NCBI GenBank assembly: GCA_002633005.1
Contig: NMRA01000641.1
Location: forward strand, 169,162 to 233,161
Length of the DNA stretch: 64,000 nt
Origin: Phoronis australis
Taxonomy: Eukaryota; Animalia; Phoronida
Reading direction: 5' to 3'
Under the pieces are notes generated by a model. That model saw only the letters and a list, made by a program, of their open reading frames with translations, was not told the DNA's origin and did no database searches. The first letter of the stretch is position 1. Every line of letters starts with the position of its first letter. The translations under genes and the position numbers were made by a program. This document shows, in pieces, positions 1 to 11,644 of the stretch.

Positions 1-330
1 AAATAAGAGACGAAAGGAATCAGAAGCATCAATGGTGGTGTAATAAATAAAGTTTGGCTTCTCGTGATCCACGTAGCCTGATATCACCCTCGGGGTCTGT
101 TCATATTTGTCATCACTCCGGGAAAGTATCTAACCGGAGACAAAACGGGCAGAGGAAAGAAGCATCCGCGGTCTTACAATAAAACAAATATAGACCGATT
201 CTTCGGATCTTTAAAGTCATGTGGACATCAGCCGATCAATAGTGCCTTCGGCCAAACCTCAGTCCATATGACCTGGTATATTTCCCTCGGGATCGGTCCA
301 TACTTGTTAGTGGTCAAGGTTGTTACGTAC

Positions 331-415
331 AAAGAGTGCGCGCTGCAGTACCAACCCCGAAACTTCTGCGTGACACACGGTTTATGGCTTCTGCGCCAAT
401 GTTTCCAACACGCAT
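331..415 (-). CDS. Carboxypeptidase exon 9; final exon (Glu270) expected beyond the left edge of the window
   Basis: ttcag|MRVGNIGAEAINRVSRRSFGVGTAARTL+T|gtacgt; ends phase 1 in the codon at the expected Tyr248 position. Confidence 0.82.
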
Positions 416-630
416 CTGAAAATAAAGAAAAATCGAAAATCATACATCTTTTGAAAAACGGCGGTAGTGAACCAAATATGTCTAATATTAGTAAATAAAC
501 TTAAACCGTGAATTTGTATATTATCAAAGCCACGAAATCCAGGTAACTTGAGTTAGGCAATTGTGAATTTGATTCTTTGGATTTGCAAACACATCAGAGT
601 GTTAACAAAATACTGGAATCATTTTAATTA

Positions 631-1227
631 TCATAGGCATTCAGCCTTCAGGTCTCGATCATAGCTTTTCATAAGAACGCGGCCACAAGGGGCGCTGAAT
701 TGTAATGTTTTAATGCATGATCCCCTGGCAGCCAACTTGAGTCGCTGCTGCTTTAAAAAATAAAAATACAACGGACACACAAGATCGTTTTCAGAAAGAC
801 ACGTATCACGTAGGTCTTGTAACGTAATTTGATTCTCTCTAAATATTATGTTTGGTCTCTCTAGCCAGATACTAACGTAGGAACTGACGCTTGAAATACA
901 GGCGAAAGTATTGTCATAATCTGGTGGCCAATCGTCTAACTCAAACTCAGTATCATTTTCTTCTCGACCGAGTCGATCAGAGGAGAAAGGAAAAGTTGGC
1001 TTCTGTTCAAATTCTAGGTCAAAATTTCGTACACAGTACATCATCGAATGAACTGGGTTTGCACTCGAATTGAGCAGGAAATGTGTTTCTGGAAATGAAA
1101 TCTCGGACCTCAATACTGTCACCTTGATAACCAAATAAAGCAATCTCGGGATCACAACATTGTTATCCTGATAACCAAAATACTTAGCTTTGGCTTTAAT
1201 TCTCATCATCACCAATAGGGATGCCAT
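631..1227 (-). CDS. Uninterrupted 198-aa ORF of unknown function inside carboxypeptidase intron 8
   Basis: Long ATG-initiated ORF in AT-rich DNA; C-terminal half (ITLQDLRDTCL...PLYFYFLK) looks protein-like; no confident family assignment. Confidence 0.3.
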   Translation of the reverse strand: MASLLVMMRIKAKAKYFGYQDNNVVIPRLLYLVIKVTVLRSEISFPETHFLLNSSANPVHSMMYCVRNFDLEFEQKPTFPFSSDRLGREENDTEFELDDWPPDYDNTFACISSVSSYVSIWLERPNIIFRENQITLQDLRDTCLSENDLVCPLYFYFLKQQRLKLAARGSCIKTLQFSAPCGRVLMKSYDRDLKAECL

Positions 1228-1689
1228 TTAGAAACTCACATTTAAGTGTAAGACATACACGGAGTGTATGGAATACTTTTGGAAAAATTCACTATACAGC
1301 TGGGGTAAACGTATAGGTTATCCTACATAGGGCCTACGTAGGAATACTACTGCCATATTCCATCTCGAATTCATTCGGTCTCGGGTTGGGACATTACCAG
1401 ATGAAACGATGGGATAGAGCAATGGTATTCCTATGTGTGTGTAATAACCTTTTTATTCCATAAATATGAACTTATTTGCATCATCGCGGCAATATCTTGT
1501 CGCCGTATGCGTCGGCTTGCTTTTATATGACGTCATACATACGCCAAGCACGGTACCCGCACCGACTTCAAGAGTTTGCATACACCCCAGCCGGTTGCCT
1601 TGGGGTAAAGCTGTATACTAATTATCCAGCGTTGCGCCGATGTGAATAAAAAACTGACCAGAGAAAATCTGACAAAAATAGCGTCATTA

Positions 1690-2730
1690 AAGACCATATG
1701 GCTTCTTTGAGTAAACTTAAATATATACCTAATATTAACAATGATCACTTCTGGAAAGATTCTTTTGAATGTGTAATCTCTTTTGGAAATTGTTTGAAGA
1801 TCAAAAATCAGATTTTCTTAACCAACCTTTATGATTTAGCAGTGACCTGCAGGCCGTGGCAAAAATATTTTCTGCAGGAACTGGTGCCATGGAGGCATAG
1901 ACTTTATAAAGAACTTGTTTTTCCCAGACGGTAATATTTTGAGCTATAGATTTATTGTGGATATTTTAGGTATCAAAACTAACTTTATGGAGTATAATAG
2001 TCTAATTTCAGTGATATTTAAGTACCAACAGAAATGTGGTATTGATAGAGTTGTTAGTTTTGATGCCTATTGTCCTGTTATGCCAACGATTTTAATGAAA
2101 CTGAAAAGTGGTGGGAGAGGGTCTCAACATATTTGCTCACAATTAAATTATAGATCTGCAGTTTCAAAAGCGGAGTCAAAATGGGCCAATGAACTGAACG
2201 TAAATACAAATATTTTTTCATGCCATTGGGAAAATATCTATTCCCATCTATATAACACAACAAGAGCCTCAAGAATTAGGTAGCTTCAGTTCAGACTCTT
2301 GACGAGAATTTTGACTACTAACTCATTTTTAAAAATAATTCAAGTTAGGGATGACGACTCTTGTTCCTTTTGTGGACAATCGAAAGAGACTTTGAAACGC
2401 TTAGTTTGGTAATGTGAAACAGTAAATTCATTTTGGACAAAAGTTAATAACAAAATTTTAAACGAAGCAAATCCCCAGTATGTCGGCACTCTCTCTTGCA
2501 ACAATGTTATTCTTGGGCTTTTTGATAAAAAGGAAAACTTTAAAAACATTGTTTTACTATTGGGTAAACAGTTTCTTTATTCCCAAAAGTTCAGATCAAA
2601 AAGATTTCTAAGTAGATTTTTAACTTCATGAAAGAATATCATATGAGTGAAAAGCATAGTGCTCGTAAGGATTTGAATTCAGAATTTGTACAAAAAAGAT
2701 GGTGTAACTTCGAAACTGTTTTTTTTTAGT
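1690..2730 (+). mobile_element. Decayed L1/Tx1-type LINE, 3' part of ORF2
   Basis: Frame-broken KWANELN..WENIY..RIR*LQFRLLTRILTTN...CSFCGQSKETLKRLVW*CETVNSFW (zf-RVT-like C-terminus). Confidence 0.8.
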
Positions 2731-3673
2731 AGTCAAGAGGTTTGTGTTATTGTAAATGTTCACATTGCCAATAAACGTAAAAAATGGCGTTCTACCGCTG
2801 CCAATATTGTGGTGTAATCTCTTGCGTCGGCTTTCGGCGCCTCGTGGAAGAAGAACAGTTGAATGAAGAATCGACGATAAAATAAACTGGCCAATACGTG
2901 ACGTAATATTTCATGGCGCCGAAATGCGACGCAATAATGGTAGAACGCCAATTTTTCTAACATGGGTTTATATTTTAGTTCACTCAAGGAAGCCAAAAAA
3001 ATTTTAAGCTGTATGTTCAGTATACATCTTTGCGCCAAGGCTAAAAGTTATCCTGTAATATCAGCCATCAAAAGCAATGCCAAACAATCATTTGTGCTTT
3101 TGATAACTGCACTTCATTTCTTTTGTTTCCCTCGTAAGTTGTGTCTTTGTCCAGTTATTTATAACGACCTAGCGAAATGCTGTCCAATTTTGCGACATAT
3201 TGTTTGGCAAATCTAGGTAAGGCGAATCGTGAACTGGCATATTTCGAATTTATATCAGACATAATTCGGATTTATAACAGACATAAATCCGAATTATGTC
3301 GCACTGCCACAAAGTATACGTACTCAGCCGCTCATAATCAAGTTGCAGTTCATGCCATGGGATTTTATGAACCACATTCTTCTTGTTCTTGGCCATTTGT
3401 AAGCAGTACAGGGTCACATTATAAGCAGTGCCGGCTCACGTTATTGGGATTTGCAACATTTATCGTCATACTGACCAAAAACAACGTATCAGTAGGCCGC
3501 TGTCTAGTTCTGGATACCCGCGCAAATAATTGGAACTATCTGTTGAGACTGAATCAACCTTCTCTTTCGTTTTAATCCCGTACCTAAGGATCTCTTCCAT
3601 GTTCAAGAATGGCCGATGATGATACCTGTTGTTTAACCCATTATTTGGAAGATAAATGAATAAAATATCTTAC

Positions 3674-3882
3674 CAACTCTAGAAACTTCGGAGGCAATTT
3701 CGTCGTATATCCCCATGGCAACAGCACAAGTTGAGAAAAGGAGTGGAGAGTGACAAACATTGACAGTTCCTCTCGTCTGCTGAGCACAAACTTTGCAAGA
3801 TTTCGAGCACAATTTTCTGAAAAAGCCTGTTCACCGCCATACAGCAGTGAACATGGCTCGTGCAGACTAGTGGTCCCATTTC
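3674..3882 (-). CDS. Carboxypeptidase exon 8 (zinc ligand His196)
   Basis: ccag|(G)NGTTSLHEPCSLLYGGEQAFSENC...FVTLHSFSQLVLLPWGYTTKLPPKFLEL|gtaaga; PC..Y.G..AFSE and HSxSQ..L.PWG motifs. Confidence 0.95.
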
Positions 3883-4476
3883 CTGGAAAAAGAGCACAAC
3901 TCCAACAATTGTTTTTTCGTTTCAAGGAATAAATTATCCAGACATCAAGTAAGAGTTCATTGTTCGGAGCTTTCCCTTTAAGCTTTTAATTCTTAAAAGA
4001 ATTCGGTGGTAGCTTTAGGCCTCATGCTTCACTGTTGACATTTCATACGATAAAACGTTAACTCCGTGGCCACGTGATTAGAAAAGAAAAAAACGAGTTA
4101 TTGCGATCATAGAACTGTGCGAATGGAATGCCAACTCCGGTGCGTGACTCCTAATACAGTCCCTGATTCTAGTGATAGAGTTAGCAGCCACGAGATTTCA
4201 TGGGACTAGCCGCTTTGTGAATTCCCGGTTGAAGCTCGGCTGACTCGGAGATTTGATCGAGTGCTGTAATTATGAAATCGAACCTAATGACATTGCTTCC
4301 TTTTCATTTTGTCATTTTTGGTTGATGAATTTATCATTGACAATTTAAATGCTGAACTTATGAAAACAAATCTGTAGTTACTTTCGATAACTGAATTGAA
4401 AGCAGGTGATCCTTCGTTTGGCAATGTTTGGGGCCATCAGAACGTACACTAAGCCAAATTTCTACGAAACTATTAA

Positions 4477-5264
4477 AGGAGAATGCCACCCAAAAAACAA
4501 CCTAGTTTGTATCAATTTAGATCGAGTAGTTGCACTCGATAACAGCAACTTCAGTTGTTTTACCTGACACCTAACGGCAGACGGAGGTGTTGAAATTAAC
4601 CAATGACGTAATCGGCTCGAACGCAGTCTGTTCAGCAGTTCACAACACCCTTACTGGTGTCAGCTTATCGCTTGAATTCATCGTTTTACACCAATAAATC
4701 ATCAAAATTTGATGTAAAACCCTTACAAATTCATCGAGTAATTGAAGAAACGTGTTATTTTTTTCGCTGTTACGGATTTTCAGGTATTTGAACGTACCGC
4801 AACCTACAAAGTTCGGTAGGTCAAATTATCAACTAGGTCGGTCGCGGGAGTTTCGGGTCTGTTCGATGATGAATTCAAATTATTCGTCCGTGAAATACAG
4901 ATAGGAGAACATAGCTGTGTGGTGTAATTTTAGACTTGTGATTTTTCAGTTCTAAACACACAAAACGCTTGTTATCCCGGTCAGTGACTCGGAATAACCC
5001 GATCAGGCCCATGCATGCATCGCGGCCAGACTGAAGACATCACGAACATAAACCAGCCAAAGTTGGAAACTAAACTTCCAGTCGCGAAAAGACTATACTA
5101 GTGAGCCAAAGAAACAATGTGCACGTGATTATTTTGGTGAATTGGCTGCGAAACTGCAATTCTACTAACTAGCTCGTCGGGGGCCGCGAAGACAGGTTAC
5201 CTTTCCACAGAACCGTCAGGGCAAAAGTTGTACAGTAACAGTGATTCGAATAATGCGTGTGTAT

Positions 5265-5300
<36 letters not shown>

Positions 5301-5307
5301 ATGTATG

Positions 5308-5387
<80 letters not shown>

Positions 5388-6611
5388 CACACATATATAT
5401 ACACATTATTCGAATCACTGTTTAAAGAGATTTCCCTAACATCTGACCATAACATATGAAATCGAGTTATTGTTTCACAACAACTTTCTGTCAGCAAACA
5501 CTGAATTAGCATGCGCTGACACGGCCCCGTCAATTAGTTTATTGCATCTAATGGCGGTAAGTGGTTTATTCATTGCTGGCTTCTCAAAACATTTGCACTC
5601 TCGAACACTCCAAGGCATTACAAATTGTACCTAATGAGACATAATTTGTTTCAATTTTATATAAGCAATGGGTAGGGTGAGAATAATTCATTTTGAAACA
5701 GAACGCACAAAGCGTCAACGTGGCAACTCGCAATCCGGACTTGGACGAGTGCTCATCCGACGAAGACTTCATTGGTCGATAGTTAGGTTTCACAGGCTAT
5801 CAGTACGAACCGGAATACAATGATCAAGAAATGATTGAGAGGCTCCGTGAACGTGCACAGAAAACGGAAGGTATACGGATAGTTCCGAAAACCGTTTGAA
5901 TTGACTGCGAAGCTAACTGCACGATAATGGAAACGACTGACGCTTGCGTTAGCTGCCGCACGTGAAAAGCCTTCTTGGAGAAGCGCAGATGTGTCTCACG
6001 GACCATCCTGATTTTGCACCGCATCTAAACAGAGGTGTGAATAGGACGTTTTTAGGGTTGAGAAAAAGAACTGGCGAAAACATCTTGCACCCAGAGGACC
6101 AAACAGAAGCCTCACGAACGAGTCAGTCATCAAACAGGTTATATAAAACGTTATGTTCTCGCGCCTTGAATTAATTGTAATTGTTTGTGTTTTCATGGCC
6201 AACTACAATTCGCCATAATCAAAAACTGACCAATAACCGATCGACGAAATGCAGGCCACTGACAGACACGGAGAAGTTTCACGGCCTCATACTTGGTATC
6301 AATGGCGTACTTATCATTCTTCATTACAGGGAGCCACTTCCGAAGCATTATGGGCTCTCGAGGAAATCGAAAAAAGGATATACTCGCTTTCCTCGGAGCT
6401 TCATAATTCGCACAAGTGGGAACGATACACTACACCATATTAGCGGCACTCACTCTGCAGAAGAACCACTGACGTCACTGCGTCGTTTCTCACCTTCATC
6501 ATAGGTTAACGTGACACCTCTCGGCGAGGAAAAATCGACCGTATACGAGGTGATGTGAGTATAGAACGATTAAGACGGTAAAAAAACTAATTAAATCGGT
6601 TGGCATTCTCT
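4477..6611. mobile_element. Kolobok-type DNA transposon, degenerate or non-autonomous
   Basis: TTAA|AGGAGAATGCCAcc ... gtTGGCATTCTC-T|TTAA (TIRs plus TTAA TSD); internal remnant GYQYEPEY...C..C..METTDACVSC...CLTDHPDF..LNR (about 5790-6110) resembling the P2X7-C-terminus-like KolX protein. Confidence 0.75.
5237..5422. repeat. Palindromic (TG)n/(CA)n microsatellite enclosed by 19-bp inverted repeats
   Basis: aacagtgattcgaataatg-(TG)n-(CA)n-cattattcgaatcactgtt. Confidence 0.92.
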
Positions 6612-7270
6612 TTAAATCAGCAAAAGTAGGCTATATATTTTCTGAAATTAGAAATTTTGTAGAGTTTGATTTTTACTTTATACAAACCTGTCATTACTTA
6701 GGTCATGTGACCATGCATTTTAGTAAAATTTAGTAAAAACGAAAGACACATTCATAGCAAAACAACAGGATAAGTAACACGAGAAAATTTCGTTTGATAC
6801 AAATGTTCACTATGAAATCTACATTTTTTTAAGTTATCATTTTGTTTTCGTTTTATGCAACTTTAATTTATTCTAAAAGATAAGACGAATCCAATTTTGA
6901 TAGCCCTTCATGCAAAACTAGAATATTTTAAAAACAATTACTTGACGGCATGAGCTGGAGAACAGGGCATAAAGCATAGCACCTGAAAGTTTCACGAGTA
7001 TCTGGAAAACCTATTTTGAGACATGGTGTTCGGAAGTTGGCCAAAATTTTACATTTTCAAGGGTCTTACATAACCTTAAGCCCTACATTCCTCAGTAAGA
7101 AACACATGAATTCGTGTGAAAGTCTGTCTTCATCTTGCAAAATAACTGTTGAACCTATCCTAATGGTTGCCACATCGAACTATAAAATTTGTTACACAAT
7201 TTGCTTTCCGGAATTGTTGGCGGAACTATGGTAATGTTTCTTTTTTCAAAGGTTTCAAACATATAGTCAC

Positions 7271-7361
7271 CTGACCAAAAGTAATCAAAGTTCCTATTGG
7301 CGTCAGTTCCAATACAACCCTTCACCGACGTTGGTCGTCTAGTTTTGCGCCACAGGCGGTC
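7271..7361 (-). CDS. Carboxypeptidase exon 7 (Arg127, Asn144/Arg145)
   Basis: ttcag|DRLWRKTRRPTSVKGCIGTDANRNFDYFWS(G)|gtgact; WRKTR and DxNRNF motifs; phase 0 to 1. Confidence 0.96.
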
Positions 7362-7819
7362 CTGAAATGATAAAAACGTTTGCTTTCTTAGTTTTAATTT
7401 GCTGACCTCACACGTGTTTAAAGGCTACTTGTATGAGATCATGTAAGATTAGTGTTTGTGTTTCAGAATAAGAACTTTCAACATTCTTATGATTTTAGTT
7501 TCATAGACAGCAAATTCGCAGGAAACGCAAAATAATGCAAATAGACGACTGGAGTTCTAAAAGTGGCCATGCGTTATTAAACTGCCATTATATGGCGTAG
7601 CAATGCAGCTCTTGTGATAAGTGTCTGGCCATCAACAATATGAAAATCTTGTCCATATTATTATCATTATCCCTAACACAACAATTGCGACGTGCACTGT
7701 TTGGAAGTATCTCGTATTCCATAACAGTTTTTGGCCATAGCATTAATACAAAAGAAACGGCGAAACTTTTCATAATCACATTCATATTCAAGTATATACA
7801 CAATATACTGGCATGACTG

Positions 7820-7910
7820 CGATACTCGACTTGAATATGATACTCGACCATGAATGTGTTACTCGAACATGAATGTGTTACTCGAACATGAATGTGTTAC
7901 TGGAACTTTA
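7820..7910. repeat. 19-bp minisatellite, about 4-5 copies
   Basis: tgaatgtgttactcgaaca repeated, with degenerate ends. Confidence 0.8.
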
Positions 7911-7991
7911 ATGTAACGAACAAAATTCTAGTATCTTCGTTTTTACGTTGTCTTGTAACCTTCATCATCAAAAAGTCATGTTTTAACATAC

Positions 7992-8102
7992 CTGTTCATG
8001 ACTGTATTCATAACCATCAGGATTGGCAACTGGTAAGATGTACCAATCGTAAACGCTAAGAAGTTGTATTATCTCGTTATCTTTTTTATAGCCTTCTAGA
8101 AG
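7992..8102 (-). CDS. Carboxypeptidase exon 6
   Basis: ttcag|LLEGYKKDNEIIQLLSVYDWYILPVANPDGYEYSHEQ|gtatgt; LPVxNPDGY motif. Confidence 0.96.
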
Positions 8103-8540
8103 CTGAAACATAGAGAACTGTCCATTATTTATTCCGGTAATACCAGAAAAAGTGAAACAAAGTTTCAGCTTTTACAACTGCTCGTTTTCAGATTGGTTGA
8201 AAGCCATGAATGGGTTCATATTTTAAAGAAAGTTATGGGTTAAATGGCAAGCGGTCAGATTTTGGGAAGGTTGTCCGACATCAAACCTCCGAACTCCTAT
8301 ACTTTCTACTTTATATAAACCACGAGATTCAAGAGTAAACCTGGCGCTTAACAGTCCAGGTTAGACAGAGACTGTGAAAGAGCTTGAAGGAAATGTAGTA
8401 GGGGCTAATGACAACCCAGTCGGTGGCTTCCTCTCCTTGACTCGTGTGTTTTGTTCTTTGGTTGCATGACTCGTTTTCAAGGTAAAATCTTTAGGGAACG
8501 TTTTAGTGTCACCCATCCGTGATTGAGACAGTGAAATGCA

Positions 8541-8861
8541 AGGTACCTAAACTACGCGGTCAACGGACTCATATTCACGAGGAAACACGGTTAACGGACC
8601 GCCAAACACGGGTCACGGACAAAATGAAGATGTCAGCTTACCCAGGAAGCCGAAGAGTCCGTGACCCGTGTTTGGCGGTCCGTTAACCGTGTTTCCTCGT
8701 GAATATGAGTCCGTGTCCCGTGTATTTGGGTGCGTGGATCGTGTTTTGTGAGTTCGTTCCCGTGTTTGTAAGTCAGTGGACGGTGTTTGCAGGTCCGTGA
8801 GTCGTGTTCATGCGCCCGTGCCCGTGTTTATGAGTCCATTGACCGTGTAGTTTAGATACCT
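8541..8861. mobile_element. MITE with about 33-bp TIRs and an internal perfect fold-back, possibly Mutator-like
   Basis: aggtacctaaactacgcggtcaacggactcat / atgagtccattgaccgtgtagtttagatacct; flanks tgaaatgca / tgaaatgtg (imperfect 9-bp TSD). Confidence 0.75.
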
Positions 8862-9190
8862 TGAAATGTGTTCCTGCATCTTTACTCCTATCTCTTCCCT
8901 GCAGGCTGGAAAGATTGTGATTTGTGAAAATCAATTCAGACGCAAGCATATCTACAATCCGTTGATTGTTGTTTATGTTCGCAGAGTAGCATGTGCAAAC
9001 AGTTGTTGATAACAAGCATCTAAGTTTTAGTGATTATTTCATGGCGTTTGGACAACAGACACAATGTATATAGTTTCAATAGAAAACCAGCAAAACAACA
9101 TGACGCCATCTATGGAATAGATTTTGCCAAGTGGATTTTGTCGGTGGCCAGTTCTCAACGATTTTTCTTAAGTTGTGCGCTTAGCCCTAC

Positions 9191-9295
9191 TTTGTGGATG
9201 ATGTAGATGACAGTAGCTGGTGAGATCCACTCCCTGGCATGAATACCCCCGTCTAGCCAAACAGCGCGCTTATCAGTCGCAGTTTCTTTACCAAT
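9191..9295 (-). CDS. Carboxypeptidase exon 5 (zinc ligands His69/Glu72)
   Basis: gcag|IGKETATDKRAVWLDGGIHAREWISPATVIYIIHK|gtaggg; GIHAREWI M14 signature. Confidence 0.96.
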
Positions 9296-9761
9296 CTGCA
9301 AATATAATTACAGTTTGCAATTACGACGATCACAACTTAATGTGCTTTTTCTTCTTGTTTCATTAAACATTCTACGATCAAACTGTGCCTTAGAGTACGC
9401 GCGAATCTAGAAACATGTCAAAATATATAAAATCCACTACAACCTAGCCATCAGTAGAGCGATAACAATTTTTATAACGGTCACAATGATGACGATGGGG
9501 ATGGCGATGACAACAACAATGGCTCTGACGATGAGGAAGAAAACATTGATGGATCTAGGATGTCATAAAGGGGGTAAACCGTGCGAAGAGCATGCTGGCG
9601 GTGTTTTTTGGTCGTGTTTGTAAGGAGAGTTTGGTCTTTAAATTGTGGGCGTCGACATCTCAGCGATGAAGACGACGATGACAGTAATGATGACGACAAT
9701 GAATCACAACAAGAAGACAATGAAAACTTTATTGATGAATGAGATCACTTTGTCTATTTAC

Positions 9762-9863
9762 CTTAATTACCAACATATCCCGTCCTTCGTAGGTAGTGCC
9801 AATATTTATGAGTGTAGACACCTCAGGATTCTGGTTGGACATATCTCTGAGCCACGAATTTAT
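9762..9863 (-). CDS. Carboxypeptidase exon 4
   Basis: gcag|INSWLRDMSNQNPEVSTLINIGTTYEGRDMLVIK|gtaaat; conserved IG.(S/T)YEGR motif. Confidence 0.93.
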
Positions 9864-10122
9864 CTGCGATAATTCATATTGATCAGCGTGACACACAGTG
9901 AACTTGTGGATTTTAATACTTTTTGTGTGTAAATCGGGCTAGAAAATCAAATTTAATACGAATTCTGTACCTCTTCTAAGCGGTGCTTTTTATGAGACAT
10001 TTCAAACGTTTCGAATGTGAATTGTTTTGAAAATGAGCACGCTCATCACAGTTTTTACTTTTAAAAACTTTGCATTGTGAGCATCCCTCCAGCGTGGAAT
10101 AATTTATTATTGATCCACGTAC

Positions 10123-10219
10123 CTCGTTATATCTGGCATACGTCTCCACTATCGATTGTCTAGTGGCATGTCCTTGAACAGATCTTTTCTTTAAATGTGT
10201 CATTTCTTTGTCAATGACC
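10123..10219 (-). CDS. Carboxypeptidase exon 3 (propeptide/mature junction)
   Basis: tttag|(T)VIDKEMTHLKKRSVQGHATRQSIVETYARYNE|gtacgt; phase 2 to 0 fits neighbouring exons; KKR basic cleavage site. Confidence 0.85.
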
Positions 10220-11644
10220 CTAAAAACAAATGTGCGAGAGCACTTAGTAAACAAACGAGTTCTCAGCAAGAACTTTTCTACGATGGCTCTGCTTTGTCGA
10301 GAACTTATTTTAAGAAGTTACTGAAAGCTGCTTCAGAGCTACCTTCCGTCAAAGAAACTAACTTTTGATTTCTGACACCAACTGCTAGTCTCAGCTGTTT
10401 TACACTCCTATAAAAAGTTATTTCTGAGTTTTCAAAGTACCGACAGTTGGTTAAACTTTAAAGCCATGCTCGGCACATCAAATGACACCGCGACAGAACA
10501 ACTTGTTGAGTCTGATCCCAACCAATGTGTAATTGTCAGTTCCTCTCACGTCCAGAAATCGCCTCTTATCTGATTAAAGGAAAAGACCACCCCTAGACCA
10601 GTCTTACACCATTAGGATTAGTTTTCAGGTTCGTAGCAGTTAACGTAAACATCAATGCGCCTAGATTTCCTGCCCGGTCGATACTTACCTGCGCAATAAT
10701 TCTCTTGCACACGCAATTCTCTCTCCCGGACCCATAGTCCCCTCTACCTGACCATTTTTCTTTTGTCCGAGTGAAAGGGAAGGCGCGCGAGGGGAAGTAT
10801 GGCTTTCGTGAGCAGGAAACAATGCGCGAGACAGGAAAACGATCGGGGGATTTGTGTATGCGATAGGGAATACATGAAACGTGTGCGAGAGAAGATTAAG
10901 AACTTTTTGCGCGAACAGGCCAGTCCGCGGGCGTCACGGAAATATAGTGGCCTTGAACATGTAGAAAACAAACATGTGAAACTTCCAGGTTGTTTTAGCA
11001 TATGGTGCCTTGACAGCCACTTCTTCGATGATGGTAATTGTTTAACAGGGACCATGAGTCAATGTTCGTAAAGGGTGAGCTACAGGGTGAATGAAATTAG
11101 CATTTACTTCTGCGAATAGCTTTAAAAAGTAAGGCGATCATTAAATAGGAAATAAACGCATTGCAATTTAATAAAGCTTTGGACGTTTTTCAACATTCTG
11201 GACTGATCGTCCGATGTTTTGGATATGAATAAGTACCACATCGCCGACTTCCGTGGAGTAATTTTTTTGCCAGGTGTCGTTTTGAGGACCTAAATAGGAA
11301 CCGGAAGTTAGTTTCTGCACATCGTTAGATGACAATTATTGTGCTAGGATGTGAACTAAATTTAGTTCAAATGGATAAACTAAAACGAGAAGTTTTTGCT
11401 TTGATAAATTCAAATTTGCAAAAACAGCTACTTGGCCGCTTTGTGGCAAAGTGTGCAGAACCGCCTTAATATGAACATAGGTCTGTTTATATGAAGATCA
11501 GGCGTCTGCAGCACCAAGGCATTCGCCATTGGAAACAAATTGTGAGGTTTATTAGACACCAATAGACATTTTAGAAATGCCAAGGCTATCGATGCAGATG
11601 TTATAACTGCACGCTGTGTCGGACATGCGCATTACAGTCAGTCG

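Noticed and set aside
5169-5533. Cys-Val and His-Thr repeat ORFs
   Set aside because: They are translations of the (TG)n/(CA)n microsatellite.
9481-9740. Acidic or Ser-rich ORFs
   Set aside because: Degenerate GAT/GAC trinucleotide low-complexity sequence within carboxypeptidase intron 4.
10689-10747. Possible extra 59-bp carboxypeptidase exon with a perfect CAG|GTAAGT donor
   Set aside because: The acceptor has a poor pyrimidine tract, inclusion would shift the frame, and exons 2 and 3 already join in phase.
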